The notes under the pieces are model-generated. The model did not search any database. It saw only the letters and a program-made list of their open reading frames with translations, and was not told the DNA's origin. A DNA stretch of 64,000 nucleotides from Octopus sinensis (Eukaryota). Both the position numbers and the translations under genes were made by a program. Where the stretch lies: NCBI RefSeq assembly GCF_006345805.1, contig NC_042999.1:32674001-32738000 (forward strand), written 5' to 3'. Positions 13,590 to 27,435 of this stretch are shown here, one piece after another; positions within the stretch are counted from its first letter, which is position 1, and every line of letters starts with the position of its first letter.

Positions 13590-14200
13590 TATATATATAA
13601 CGTAGTCGAGTACTATAACCTTGGCTATATCATATAGTCCTTTATAGCTTTCCAGGATGTTATTACCAATGGTTTCACGCCTGAAATTGCACTTGTCAAT
13701 GTAGTTGAATCATCATGTCATGCTGGCCGAAAGCACATAAGCATTTTGACTATTGGAGGTAAAAATACAGTCTTAATCAATTTGTAGGTGCAAGAAAATA
13801 AAAATGCAACGAAAAGAACCCATTCTGAGAGGGAAAGATTTATGTCCTTCTGGAACCCTCCAGTTCTGTTTCCGTTCATTGGTTCGAGAACTAGGATGAC
13901 CACTTACCCAAAAGTTTCTGTCATGATGGTGTCGACTAAAAGTATATGCAGACATTCGTTGACACCATTTCCTCTGGGGTTTTGGGGTGTTTTGCAATTG
14001 TTCATGGATTTTGTTTTTACATTCCCGGACAGTGTGGGGTGTATTGTCTGTTAGCATAAGTCTTAATTTCACCTTATTCCTGCCTGTTCAGATAAAATGT
14101 TTATCACCCATTTTTAAGCATTCTCTCCCTATACATCTGTCACATTTTCGAGGTTCCATGGGGTCCTTGATGAGTGGATCTAAACGTAATCGTGATTTTA
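13590..14200 (-). mobile_element. Highly degraded LINE reverse-transcriptase fragment
   Basis: VSGHPS..WRVPEGHKSFPL resembles the VNGxxS..GVPQGSxLxPL RT motif; many stops. Confidence 0.4.
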
Positions 14201-14568
14201 TGGGCACCTGATACAATCATTTTATGTGAATAACTACTTTTATGCATGCGTGTTTGTATGACACCAAAGAAAGACACTAAAACCTATCGTCATTAACATT
14301 TCAGCAATGGCAGTCACAGAATCTATGTGATGTTACGACTGTGGTTTCATATGATGCAGAAATTTTGTGAGTAATAGGTGTGCAAAATCGTCGGAATAAT
14401 GATATGTTTTGAGTCGTTATTGAATGTGACATAGGAGAAAAGTGACTACCTTACAGAACTAATGACTTGGGAATGAAATACATCTGTAAAATTGTATGTA
14501 TAGCGGAGGATCATACAAATCTGAGAGAAAATCTTGCCTCCCTTCGATATTCAATGATTTCTTCACAG

Positions 14569-14638
14569 CTGTCTCAGAAGGATATATTTTGACTATATCA
14601 AAAGATGGGTTGCTTTCACATGTGGTTGCAATTGCTAC
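14569..14638 (+). other. Candidate 70-nt internal coding exon (unverified)
   Basis: Acceptor TTTCTTCACAG| and donor AC|GTGAGA enclose an open frame xVSEGYILTISKDGLLSHVVAIA in non-repetitive sequence. Confidence 0.3.
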
Positions 14639-15032
14639 GTGAGAGAAAATATATATCCTAAAAAATAGGCGTGAAAAATTTCACCCAGATTATTAGGAAA
14701 TACCAGAAATCTATTAAGATATTTATCTCTTGGGTAGGATTAAGTACGTGCCTTTATGAATAGGAATATTGCCAGAAGATATTATTAATAAATATGAATA
14801 AGCCCGGTATCCTTCTATAAGAATGGAATCGAAACTCGGACTGACAGCTGTTGTTGTGAATGCTTGGATGACGGTTAAGAAATGAAATATCCAGAAATAA
14901 TGCTGAATACGTATGTCCTAACGTTTCCCTTGTAATAGTACATGTAACTACAACATATTTTAGTTTACTCTTGGAAATGCTGATGCTTCCAAAGAGAGAA
15001 GGAAAGGAGCAAGCTAGCATCCTCTTAATATA

Positions 15033-15301
15033 TGTTTCTTTATTACCCACAAGGATCTAAACACAGAGGGGACAAACAAGGACAGACAAACGGATTAAGT
15101 CGATTACACCGACTCCAGTGCGTAACTGGTACTTAATTTATCGATCCCGAAAGGATGAAAGGCAAAGTCGACCTCGGCGGAATTTGAACCCAGAACGTAA
15201 CGGCAGACGAAATACTGCTGCACATTTCGCCCTGCGTGCTAACGTTTCTGCCAGCTCGCAGCCTTTCTCTTATGTATGACCATAAATTTTCTGCCAGCTC
15301 G
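15033..15301 (-). mobile_element. tRNA-derived SINE with 12-bp target-site duplication
   Basis: Near-complete copy of the 362-576 family. CCTCTTAATATA occurs at both 15021-15032 and 15302-15313. Confidence 0.88.
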
Positions 15302-17179
15302 CCTCTTAATATAATCGATTGTAATGGATGTGTTTATAAAAATTCTAATTTCTCGGGTGGTAAGATCATTCTAATAATATTTGCATAAGACTTATACATA
15401 TACATAAGGAAACATGCGTATTAATTTTACAATTAAAGATACAAGTATAGCCATTACATAAGTTCAACTAACTGTCTTTTGCATATCACTGATGAGATTT
15501 GTTGAAAATATTTCGTACATGAAGCCGGACTGAGAATAACATTTTCTTTGAGGCCTCGAAAATCGTTATAAACGTTACTTTCACTCCTTCTTTCACTGGG
15601 CGGATGAATGGAATATGGAAACATGCTCTATTGATTGACTTCGTTTATTCAGTTATCGAAATGCAGCGTATATTAAAATGAATAAAAACGGATACAATTC
15701 TATGTCATTTGCAGCATATCATGCAGATAATTTCTTTAATTACTTTTCGTACAAGTTTGGGTTTCAACAATGAGTTCACATTTTAAGACACTCTTGGCTA
15801 AATAGTTTTAATAGGCGTTTATGAAATGTTCCAACAGATGGCAAGTAATATCAATAGAAATTACTTTGCCGTAGTCATCTTCCTGTCACATTTGACAGAA
15901 TACATTCTTGGGAAATAAAGAAATATATATTCCAATTCTCCTCGATACTTGTAAAGAAGTGACATAACTACACATGTTGATCAGTTTAATGCTATTTCTA
16001 ACATCACATTGATGCTAAAAACCAGCATTCATTATTCATGTATGCGTCAACCTGAAAATAATAGGTTTAACTTTAAAACGAAAACAGCAACCCTGTTCAC
16101 TTACCTGTTTTTAGAAGTAGGTTGTGCGTTTGTAATCTTGCATAATGGAGACTAAATCCGTAGAACATCGATAAAATGATAGAATTTTATTTAGAAAATT
16201 GATTTTATTTGTATAAGATATACCTGTAAACAGGTGCTTTAAATTATGTGTTCATATTTGAAAGTGTAACAGTAGTAAATACGGTATTCATAGAAGATAC
16301 AGATTAAATAGACTACAGATTTAATAATATCAACAAAAAAATACCTTTAAACGAAAATATCGCAACAACAAATCGTTGCTCAAGGCATTTGCAACGGAGA
16401 CATTTAAAATTTATGGTCATACATTTAGACAACAAATACATACAGCTAAATTCTCAAGTAGAGATAGGTATACAAACATGTACACATGTATATAGATGCA
16501 CGCATACACACATATTTTGGTGGACATTTAACATCTATAGATAGATAGAAAGACAGACAGACAGATAGATAAATAAACATATATATATATATATATGTGT
16601 GTGTGTGTATATATATATACATATATGTATCTCTCTCTATATGTGTGTGTTTGTGTGTGTGTGTAAATAAAAAATTGCTGTTTGCAACGTTATACCGTAA
16701 GGGAAAATTATAGTCGTCAACTAAACTTCACTAAGAGTAAGAATATATATGTATATATGTATGTGCGTATGTATGTATGTATGTATGTATGTATGTATGT
16801 ATGTATGTATGTATGTATGTATGTATGAGTGAGTGTGTGTGCATGTGTCTGCGTATGTAGGTGTGTTTATATGTATGTATATACGCATTCCGTTAATGCT
16901 GTTTTCTGTAGCTTAAAGTTATACACGAGATGACTTGTAACAAGACAAAATACTCCGAAATAAAAATTATTCCTATTATTGTAAAACACGATGTTGCCTG
17001 TCCGATCGTATTGCGGAAATATGGCAGACTGAATCAGGAGAAGAAGAGAATTTATTGTATGCGTTATGCGCTCTTCGGTTTACATACTCTAAAATTATAG
17101 TGATACAATATGTATCCTTTCAACAGATACATATACACCCTTAAAGACACAAGCCACGCACAGACGTGTATATATATAT

Positions 17180-17547
17180 AGCTTCAAGGTTCATCCAAGA
17201 CTTGGACCACGGGCTATACGTCCCCTGCCCAATTCAAGATCACAACATACATGTACACTGCAACGTAATTTCTTTTCTTCAACAGGCCCTGCCCTATTTA
17301 ACATTGTCCCGAGGGAGATCAAAGAGGAAAAGGATCCCACCAACTTTAAACAGAGTCTGGATAGATTCCTTCAAAGAATACCAGATAAGCCACCCATAAT
17401 TGGATACAACTCACCCAACAAGAACTCACTACTTGAACAAAACTTGACTTAAACAAAACTTGACTTAAACAGGATTCGAATAATCCTATCAGGTGGTGCT
17501 ATTAAGTTAGACATGGCCTGGACCAATCTTTGGTCGAAACATATCTA

Positions 17548-17550
<3 letters not shown>
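17180..17550 (+). mobile_element. CR1/L2-like LINE 3' fragment
   Basis: Frame reads RNFFSSTGPALFNIVPREIKEEKDPTNFKQSLDRFLQRIPDKP..GYNSPNKNSL, typical of CR1-group C-termini. It ends in a stem-loop followed by (TA)n. Confidence 0.65.
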
Positions 17551-17595
<45 letters not shown>

Positions 17596-17604
17596 TATCA
17601 TATA

Positions 17605-18451
17605 CAAATATATACGTGCAGCGATATGTAAATTGTCGCGAGTTTTTTATGTCACGCATGCCCATTGTTTTTGATTTGGCCAACTACACAGTATAGTAGA
17701 GTCAGTTGGGCACCGGTGAAAGGCACCATGACGCAATTCACTCTGCCAGAAATTTGGAAACCACATACGGTACTGCTCAGTATTTGCACCGTAAACTCCA
17801 ACACCGACATTTCAGATTGTTTATTTGTCAAAGTGAGGACAGTGCAATCTGAGGATTTATACCGAGAGTGATAAAAATCAAAAACCCATCATGGTGTTTG
17901 GAGTGATCACTAGTGATGGCGACATTATGCCTCCATTCATCTTCTCACACGGCCTCACACTCAAGATGGAGGCCTACATTAAGTGCCTGGAGGACGTAGT
18001 GCTGCCCTGGGTCAAAAGGGTGGCTGCTGCAAGACCCTATGTCTGGCAACAAGATGTCCACAATGCCACACAAGCACAGAACCCAGTCATAACCGTTGGA
18101 CAATTTCTGTGACCACATAACTCCGAACATCTGGCTACCTAACTCTCCAGACTGCAACCCTTTGATTATTATGTGTGGTACGCAGTTCTAACACCAAAGA
18201 CAAACTATAGGCAAGGATTATGGCAGCATTCACCAATTAAATAAGGAGACCACCCAGAAGAGTTGCAGAAGATTCCAAAATCGTCTGAAGGCCGCGGTTG
18301 AAGCCAGTGGTGATTTTATTGAATAAAAGTACTTTTCTAGTATTTTAAGATATTTTTATGTAATTTCGGTAAATATATCCTTTAAAATGAGATGTCAGTT
18401 TTATTTCACTTTTGCGTAATTTCGACGACAGTTTATTAATCAGACCCTGTA
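17605..18451 (+). mobile_element. Tc1/mariner-superfamily DNA transposon relic (maT/DD37D-like, internally deleted)
   Basis: MVFGVITSDG..PYVWQQD..ITPNIWLPNSPDCNPFDYYVW. The right end TCAGACCCTGTA-TA is TIR-like; the left TIR is degenerate. Confidence 0.75.
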
Positions 18452-18520
18452 TATACATATATATATATATATACATACATACACGCACACACACACAAAC
18501 ACTCACACACACACACACAA

Positions 18521-18577
<57 letters not shown>

Positions 18578-18590
18578 TATATATATATAT

Positions 18591-18827
18591 ACTCTTTTAC
18601 TCTTTTACTTGTTTCAGTCATTTGACTGCAGCCATGCTGGACCACCGCCTTTAGTCGAAGAAATCGACCCCAGGACTTATTCTTTGTAACCCTAGTACTT
18701 ATTCAATCGGTGGCATTTGCAGAACCGCTAGCTGACGGGGACGTAAACACACCAGTATCGGTTGCCAAGCAATGTTGGGGAACAAACACAGGCACACAAA
18801 CACACACACACATACATATATACACAG

Positions 18828-18878
<51 letters not shown>

Positions 18879-19027
18879 CATATATACGACAGGCTGCCAA
18901 ATCCACTCACAAGGCTTTGGTCGGCCTGAGGCTATAGTAGGAGACGGTCACCCAAGGTGCCACGTAGTGGGACTGAACCCGGAACCATGTGGTTGGTAAG
19001 GAAGCTACTTACTACACAGCTACTCAT
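18591..19027 (-). mobile_element. tRNA/CORE-type SINE with internal (CA)n/(TA)n
   Basis: Minus-strand head AGCTGTGTAGTAAGTAGC..GGTTCAGTCCC, CORE-like GGCACCTTGGG, and tail GACTGAAACAAGTAAAAGAGT. The same tail recurs at 56.8 and 57.2 kb. Confidence 0.8.
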
Positions 19028-19140
19028 GTATGTATGTATGTATATACGTACGAATACACACATGCATACACACCTGTAAATACACAGGCATATATTCACG
19101 AATACACACACACAAGCCTCACATATCTTTCTACCTATCC

Positions 19141-19200
<60 letters not shown>

Positions 19201-19661
19201 GCGCGCGCGTGTGTGTGTATATGTAAATGCATGCACATATACGTTTGCCAATATGCATGCGCACGTTTAATTTCTCTCTGAATACACGCATAAATGAATA
19301 TTTATACCTTGATATGAAAAAAATAAACATCCTAAGTGTAGACTCTCTTGATTCCAACTTAGAGGTTTTAATTGTTACATTAAATACCATATGGAGGTCA
19401 TAAAGCTTTAATCTAATTCCCCGTCTCAATGATTGTATAGAAAAAAAAAATACTTGCTGTACAGATATCATGTGACATAGCTTTCGTTTTTTCTATTCAA
19501 ATCGATGACTTTCCGCAGCACATTTCAGAGCTTGCGACTTACACAGGCGCGCACGCACGAAGAATCACATGCGCATGCATATATATATATGCAGACATAC
19601 TTCGACATACACACATTCACACACTCCCGTACATACACAAATTACATCCATTGATGACACG

Positions 19662-19744
<83 letters not shown>

Positions 19745-20099
19745 AAAAAAGCAACCAAACGCACAGAGAGCACTGTATGTAGGGAGAGGAACAGTTTAAC
19801 AGAATTGTTTGTATCTAGAAGACAGACGAGCCGAAGTAAATATATGAGCCTTTATGTCTGGCGCGTTTATTTTCCCCCACTCACTGTGATCTCAAAAGTA
19901 ATTTTTAACACACATACATACACTCACTCACAAACACACACACATATACTCACGCAAAACACGCACTCAAACACACTTACACACATACACAAACACACAC
20001 ACACATACATAGTGATATATAGTTTATTAAATCGAAGTAACTCTAGACGCTCCAAAAGAAGCAGTTGCCTTCGGAAACAGTGACACCAGATACCAAAGC

Positions 20100-21085
20100 A
20101 ACCTTGAAAAGAGGTAAACCAGTTAATAGCAACATCATACTAGCTAAAGCAAATGAAATAAGAGAATTAGACCAAAGCCAGACATACAAATATTTAGGAA
20201 TCAATGAACTAGATACGATACAACTCACACAAATGAAAGAGAAAAGAAAAAAAGAATACTATAGATGAGTTAGATTAATAGTGAAAACAGAGATCAATGC
20301 GGAAAACAAAATGATAGGTTTCGACATTTTATCCGTACCAGTTACAGCTACAATATCCTTAACTGGACACTAAATTGACTAATCAAAATAGACAGGAAGA
20401 CAAGAAAATGATACACAAAATCTGACATAGAAAGGTTATATATGCAACGTATAGAAAGTGGAAAGGCCTTATACAGCTAGAAAACTATTAAAAAATAACC
20501 ACCATAGGACTACAAAAATACTTCCCTTCTAAGCAAGGAAAACTAATAAAAATAGCCACAAAACACGAACAAATATAAAACCTGTTTTTAGTCTTTAAGG
20601 TAATTCACAAATACAAACAAGAAGTGATAGTACCTAACAACTATGAAGAAAAAAGAATCAACAAAAGCTGTAAAACAAATGAAATCCAAACTAAAACTAG
20701 AACAGCAACGGATCATGATAAAAGGATAGCAAGAAAAGCCCCTTCATGGCAAATATTGGGTTAAACTAAAATATTATGTTAAGTTAAACCACGAAAATAC
20801 ACAAAGTAAAATCCCAATAATGGCTGAGAAGCTCAGGACTCAAAGCAGAGACTGAAGGATATTTAATTGCAGTACAATGCCAAAGCCTACACAAAAGAAA
20901 GTACCAAAAACATATACTGAAAAGAAATATAAAAAGTAACTGCAGAATATATGGAGATGGACAAAGAACGACAAATCATATTGTCTCTGCCTGCCCAGTC
21001 CTGGCGAAGAAGGGATATATTCACAGACACGAAAGAGTTAGGACCTACCTACCATGGAACCTCTACCAACACTATGGAATTACAT
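20100..21085 (+). mobile_element. Degraded internal fragment of Dong family A
   Basis: Collinear with the post-RT to CCHC region of the 3.3-11.3 kb copies (ELDQSQTYKYLGINELD..GLKAETEG..); many stops. Confidence 0.85.
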
Positions 21086-22467
21086 TTAGCGTAGGTTCCA
21101 CGGCATTTTTGGCATCCGATTTCGACTGGTAACCATAGGAGATTTAGTATCTCTACACTCGGAGTGTTTATTGCCCACATTGGACCAAGCTTTTACTGCT
21201 TTCTTTTTTCTTTCCTGTTTCCAATACATCAAACTTGCTGAAGTTTATTCGCTGCAATCATGCGTTAAATAGTTTCTTTTAAAATATTTTTTTCGGAATT
21301 GTTCTCGGATTGCACTCTTATGTCTACAATATCAACAATGGATCATTTTCTTTATCTCTGAATTTTAAGAATAACTCCATCTCTTTACTTTTTATGATCA
21401 ATGTCATCCTGATAACTACAAATGTACTATATATATTCGGCTGGTGGAGGCCAAAAAAACACAATAATTATTCCCATCATTAGCAAAATACACGAAGCAC
21501 TCACAGTATCAGATAAAACAAAACTGCTTAACTCAGCATCGTAAAATTTAATATTATATTCAGCCTTGCTTCTGAACGGCTTAAATAAGATTGCTGCCGT
21601 AGCTGTCTTTTGCATTACATATCACAGCTTCATATTTTAGTCTGGTTTACTTAATTTAAATGTTGGATGGCTTCCAGATAATCCTTTCACACATTAAATT
21701 TCATGATATCATTTACTTCCATTTGGTATTATTGGTCAACATCCAAATGAAACTTATCTACTGATGTTCATTAATACTTGTATTAGGCAAACCTGACCAA
21801 GCAAAATACGTGAACCAACAGCGATTTTGGATCCCTGCCTAAAAATTTCCAGTTTATACCTGTGCCTGATACCTTGTCAGATGAATTTTCCATAAGCTTT
21901 TACTAATTCCGTTCGACTAGTTGTATTATATAAAGACTGCTTCCCTTACAATCTAATATCTGGCTAAATTTAATCTTTAACTGCAATAGAGATCAAAACA
22001 TAGTTTCGCTTTACTCACAAAATCTTTAGGCTTACTAATATTTTTTATATTGGATGAAAGTACTACATAATTTTCAGTAATATTTTATCAAATGACAAAT
22101 TATTTTCGACGATTTTTAGAGAATTATGAATACACAAATTTTTAGATACGTACTTGTTTCCGTATAAAATTAGTTCAGTAATATATTTTCATAAAATCAA
22201 ACAAATGGATGTAGGAGGAACACGTTGGAAACGATAATGAAATATGGGCATAAGATATCCTTGAAAGTGGATCAGTACAACAGGCATTAAGATATCACAT
22301 TCTACAACAGTGTTTTCAACTGTATCACGTATACTTCAATCCGATTCGCTTTCAACAACAAAACCAGCATTACATTCCAACACAGAAAATGAAAATGATC
22401 ATTGGGATTAGCCATTATTACTTGATTCATATTTTACTTTTCTGAGTTTAGGCCTAGCATTTAAACA

Positions 22468-22497
22468 TGCATGCATATCTATCTATCTATCTATCTA

Positions 22498-22580
<83 letters not shown>

Positions 22581-22581
22581 G

Positions 22582-22612
<31 letters not shown>

Positions 22613-22621
22613 AGTCTATCA

Positions 22622-22699
<78 letters not shown>

Positions 22700-22740
22700 A
22701 TATCTATCTATCTATCTATCTCTCTCTATATATATATAAT
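22468..22740. repeat. (TCTA)n microsatellite
   Basis: Seen directly. Confidence 0.95.
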
Positions 22741-22748
22741 CATATATA

Positions 22749-23025
22749 TCACCTTGATCACCTTGACCTACCAGTCTGTCTGGCGTCCATTTGACACCGC
22801 TGGTCACAGTACGCTGTCCACTCCTCTCTAGATCGCGTCTTTCTTATCCGTGTGATCTCAATCGTCCTCCTGAAATAGCAAAGTATACGCGCAGCAAGTT
22901 TAAATGGGCTGGACATGTCGCCCGTCTCACCATTAATCGGTGGACCCGCGGAGTTGTCGAGTGGTACCCGCGCGAGCGGAAACGACCACCCAGAAGGCCT
23001 ACACAACGGTTGAGTTACGATTTGG
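22749..23025. mobile_element. RTE-clade LINE 3' fragment with 5' inversion
   Basis: Plus strand 22861-23025 encodes KFKWAGHVARLTINRWTRGVVEWYPRERKRPPRRPTQRLSYDL. Minus strand 22860-22749 encodes the continuation TRSREEWTAYCDQRC.. and a (CAAGGTGAT)2 tail. Confidence 0.75.
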
Positions 23026-23088
<63 letters not shown>

Positions 23089-23749
23089 CATGCATTAGCT
23101 GGTCTAGGGGACATAACCCGTTCTCACTGACGCCGGATCTTTTATTCTCTGATAGCCAATTGACAAACGATCGTAATGGCTTTCTACCTCCCAGAGGTGA
23201 AGAGTTGATTTTGTCTTCGAAAGCTCGAGTCTGAAGAGGAAGCTAAAGTGTGCGTGGATGCGAAACCATTTGTCATTTTGTAATAAGACTTTGACTTTAT
23301 TGCTTTAATATATCTACACACACATATGCACATGCACACACACGCGCACACACACACACACACACACACACCACACACACACACACATATATATATATGT
23401 TGAAGGTAGAAAAGCAACGCATAAGTTGATATGTATAAGGAAAATAAGACAATGGAAAAAATATTTTTTTCATAAAGATCATTTTAGTACAAGTTTCAGT
23501 CATTGCGACTTTTTCAAGTTAGAGTAAAGTATGAAAAACAATTAAATTGTGGAAAAATTTAATGAAATCTGTTTTTTTAAACATATATATTTCTATACTT
23601 TTCAAATGTAAGAGACATTTTCCTTTTGTCTGCCTGTATCTGTCTCTTTTTTACTCTTGTGGGTTCTAGGTAGTTAGCAGCAGCTAGTTTGATATGAATT
23701 CTTGTCTTAGATTGTTTAAGAAGTAGCAGTAGTAGAGAAAGGAGGCGGC

Positions 23750-23925
23750 GGAGAAGAAGAAGAAGAAGAAGAAGAAGAAGAAGAAGAAGAAGAAGAAGAA
23801 GAAGAAGAAGAAGAAGAAGAAGAAGAAGAAGAAGAAGAAGAAGAAGAAGAAGAAGAAGAAGAAGAAGAAGAAGAAGAAGAAGAAGAAGAAGAAGAAGAAG
23901 AAGAAGAAGAAGAAGAAGAAGAAGA
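23750..23925. repeat. (GAA)n microsatellite
   Basis: Seen directly. Confidence 0.95.
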
Positions 23926-24149
23926 ATGTGGTAGTGGTATGACACAAGCAGGATGTTGACGGAATCCACTTAAATGGTCAAGTGACCTGAAAGTGACTCG
24001 TTGTGGATGATAGTATTGACTGAAATTGTTCTGGATAAATTCTTGAGGTGACTGTTCTGAATATATCGTCTTTAACATTTGCGCGGGTGTTATTCTAAAA
24101 CCGTGGTATCAGTGTCATTTGTTGTGGATGCAGTGTCATTTGTTGTTCT

Positions 24150-24772
24150 GGCGTTTGCTAAATTTTGTTGAGAAAAATTCTTTCTTAGTGGTAAGACCAT
24201 GGGGAGTCTACTTCTAGCGTAATGGATGTCCACTTAGTGGTCATCCCACTTATATATATGTAATAGTTTTTTTTTCTGAATCTTCAGATTTTCTAGTATG
24301 CTTGACCACTGGTTTTAAATTGATATTAATCAAATTCATATTCAATTTTTCACCCTTATTATTTTTAATTTTAAATATTTAAAAATTCACGGTAGAAAAT
24401 TATTTTCTTCAGAATTATTTCCGGTATTTTGAACCTTTAAAAGATAACCTCAAATGTAATTGGTAGAACTGTATATATGTTCAATCTCATGCAGACCTCT
24501 CGTGTATAGTTCTGCATATTATATTTTGCTATGAAGACCACACTGATGCCTTGCGGACAATTACGTAAGCAATTACGTAAGTGGTAACAACGAAATCTGG
24601 TTTGTGAATAATCTTTATATTTTGTATCCTTTCATTTCTCTTGCTCACTTACGTTCAGGCGTTTGCTAAATTTTCTTGAGAGCAATCCTTTCTTTGTTGT
24701 AAGACCATAGGGGGTCTACTTCTAGGATAATGGATGTCCACTTAGTGATCATCCCTCTTATATATATATCTG
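24150..24772. repeat. Pair of ~110-bp diverged direct repeats, 508 bp apart, each ending in (TA)n
   Basis: GGCGTTTGCTAAATTTT..GGATGTCCACTTAGTG..CATCC..CTTATATATA at 24150-24260 and 24658-24770. Confidence 0.85.
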
Positions 24773-25110
24773 TTTATATAGACGTGTGAGTGTGCGAGCG
24801 TGCGCGTGCGCGCATGCGTATAGTCGAAGAAAATTACGATGGCGACATAAACAGCAGCAATTACAGAAAACAACATTTAATAAATAAAAAATTTACAGGT
24901 TTCTGAGTCCGAAATATTTCCATTCTCGTTCTGAAAATACCCATTTGTTCATGGATCAGTAGGTTTATCAAATAAAGCTATATTTGATATGATATAAATT
25001 GCAATTGTAAAATAATGGTACGGTGTGCTATTTCTATATTGAAAATTAGGAATTTTATATCTGATTTCATCATCTCTAAAGGAATATTTATTGACTGTGA
25101 GGTATTTATA

Positions 25111-25166
<56 letters not shown>

Positions 25167-25213
25167 CATTATTATCATTATTATTATTATTATTATTATT
25201 ATTTATTATTATT

Positions 25214-25251
<38 letters not shown>

Positions 25252-25257
25252 TATAAC

Positions 25258-25500
25258 TGAGAGAGAGAGCAGTGCATGCCATCGAAGTGACACTGGGGTA
25301 AAATATATGCCCAAAATACCCATCTCATTAGGGAACACCAGGAAGCTGCATCACAACCATATGTGAACGATATGATCTCATAGCAAAATATACATCGCTG
25401 ACCTTGCCGGTGAATTCCAGCTAGAATTTTCTTCAGGCCGAGTAGCCCATCCCACTCAAAAGGTCGCTGAACAAGGGACCTTTGCAGAATATCAATAGTT
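25258..25500. mobile_element. Interspersed repeat, possibly a LINE 5' UTR remnant
   Basis: GC-richer block starting at an (ATT/ATC)n array. I recognise it as resembling an octopus repeat but cannot verify this here. Confidence 0.35.
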
Positions 25501-27291
25501 GGTGGGGATGAATTAGCTCCTAAACCTCAAAAGAGGAGGAGCTATCGGTTAGGATGCAATGCTAATGGAAGCACTGAATGTGTTGTTACCTTTGTACATC
25601 CTCTATTAAAGCGATGTTCAACAAGTGACGTGATATGAACGGTTTATGCTTAAGTGTTGGGTGAACTGGTGTGATATTTTTATAAGAATAGAGCATGTTT
25701 TCAATAAAAGTATGGTAGTTGAAGTATGCTGATAATATTCGTTAACTGAATAGTCACGACTATAAATATTTCTAATCTCTTTTTCCTTTGTGCATATCTT
25801 ACTACATATTGGAATTGTGAAATACAAATATAAGTAATTTGGACTTCCACGTTCATTTCCATCCTTGTGCCAGAGAAGTCGATGGAAAATCGTGTCTCGT
25901 AAAAAAATTCTGCTTTAGAGGTATGCGCTTGCACTGCGTAAAGTCTATATGTTTAAAGCTGGAGAGAGAAAGTTCATACTACACTGAATGGAAGGTATTT
26001 GCTATTTGAGAAGTGCCGACATTAGTACTGACTTGCTAAAAGTAGGTCATTATTGTCACATACCTTAATGAAAATATTCGAAGTCTTGTTAATTTATGAT
26101 TTATTTCATGTTGAGCAGTAAATAGGCTTGCAGGATTTAATTTTATGTCTTATAACATTGTTTTAAAATATTTCGTGTATTATACTGTAATCCAGAAGTA
26201 TAGAGTTAACGACAAAAATATCTAAAACGTATAAAGCAGGGATGAACAGAAAGAGACATCCAAATGAATTAAGACAAAAAAATCTAATACGAGCATATTA
26301 CGTTACCAGAAAGCGCAAAGTGCTTGAAACTTGTTATATACATCATGGATAACAATAAAATAAAATAAAATAATAATAATAATGTTTGCACGTTTTTCTG
26401 GTACTATTCGTTAACCACTAATTCATGCAACCTGTTTTCTTAAACAGTTCATATTTACCATATTTTTTATGTCTTATTTGATAATTCCTTTCCTACATTT
26501 GCAAAAAAAATCACGTCTAAAATATTATTTAATTTTTTTTACACGAGCAGCAATTTTTCAACTTATTCCCACTGATTATTAGAGAAGCGGGAGAAAACAG
26601 TGTTTAACAACACGTTTTAAAATCTCCAAACTTATTTAGAATAAGGATAGAAAAGAAGTTGAAAGTTACTAAATTGTATAAAAAAAAACAATGGCAGAAA
26701 GTATTTTTTTAAAAATATGGTACTGAACGCCTACGGATGTTTTGTATGTTGTAACAATCCAAAATACAATTTAGCATTTCTAAAGAAACAGTAAATGCAA
26801 TATTCATAAGTTTGTTTTCCCACAGATCAGCTGAGTAATGAAACAGCATCAACATGATGGTTGTACTAAGTGCAAAATTCTGCTCGGTAAAACTAAAGAA
26901 AAACTGATAATACCTTAATTTCAGATAATAATGAAAAAACTTAGTTCTTCATCATTATCTGAAGATAAGGAAAACAACGATAAAAATGAATAACTTTTAA
27001 AGGAGATTACTAAGCAATTCTGCTGGAGAGAGTCTACAAGGATAGAAAAATAGAAAAAAAATAGCTCATAATATACGCACATGCATACATACAGAACTAT
27101 GTGTGTAGGTGTATGTGTGCGTGTATGGGTGTGTGTTCGTGCATGTATATATATATATATATATTTATGCATATATAAATATGCTTATATATATATATAT
27201 GCCCACGCAGAGGGATACATACATACCGACATATATACGTATAAAGATACATATATATATATATATATACATATATACATACATATATGTA

Positions 27292-27327
<36 letters not shown>

Positions 27328-27384
27328 CATACATATCAATATATATATAAATATGTATATATATATATATATACACATACATAC

Positions 27385-27435
<51 letters not shown>

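Noticed and set aside
15488-15520. CTGATGAG..GAAA (also CTGATGAG at ~2748)
   Set aside because: No stem II or stem I complementarity; chance matches in AT-rich DNA.
17515-17550. GACCAA-TCT-TTGGTC-GAAAC stem-loop at the CR1 3' end
   Set aside because: Lacks CUGANGA and stem I; better explained as a LINE 3' recognition hairpin.
21088-21135. GGCATCCGATTTCG resembling the 54.5 kb HHR family
   Set aside because: The match is too short and has no CUGA core.
23185-23240. GTGAAGAG..CTTCGAAAGCTCGAGTC hammerhead-like string
   Set aside because: No CUGA box and no stem I pairing; at most a decayed relic.
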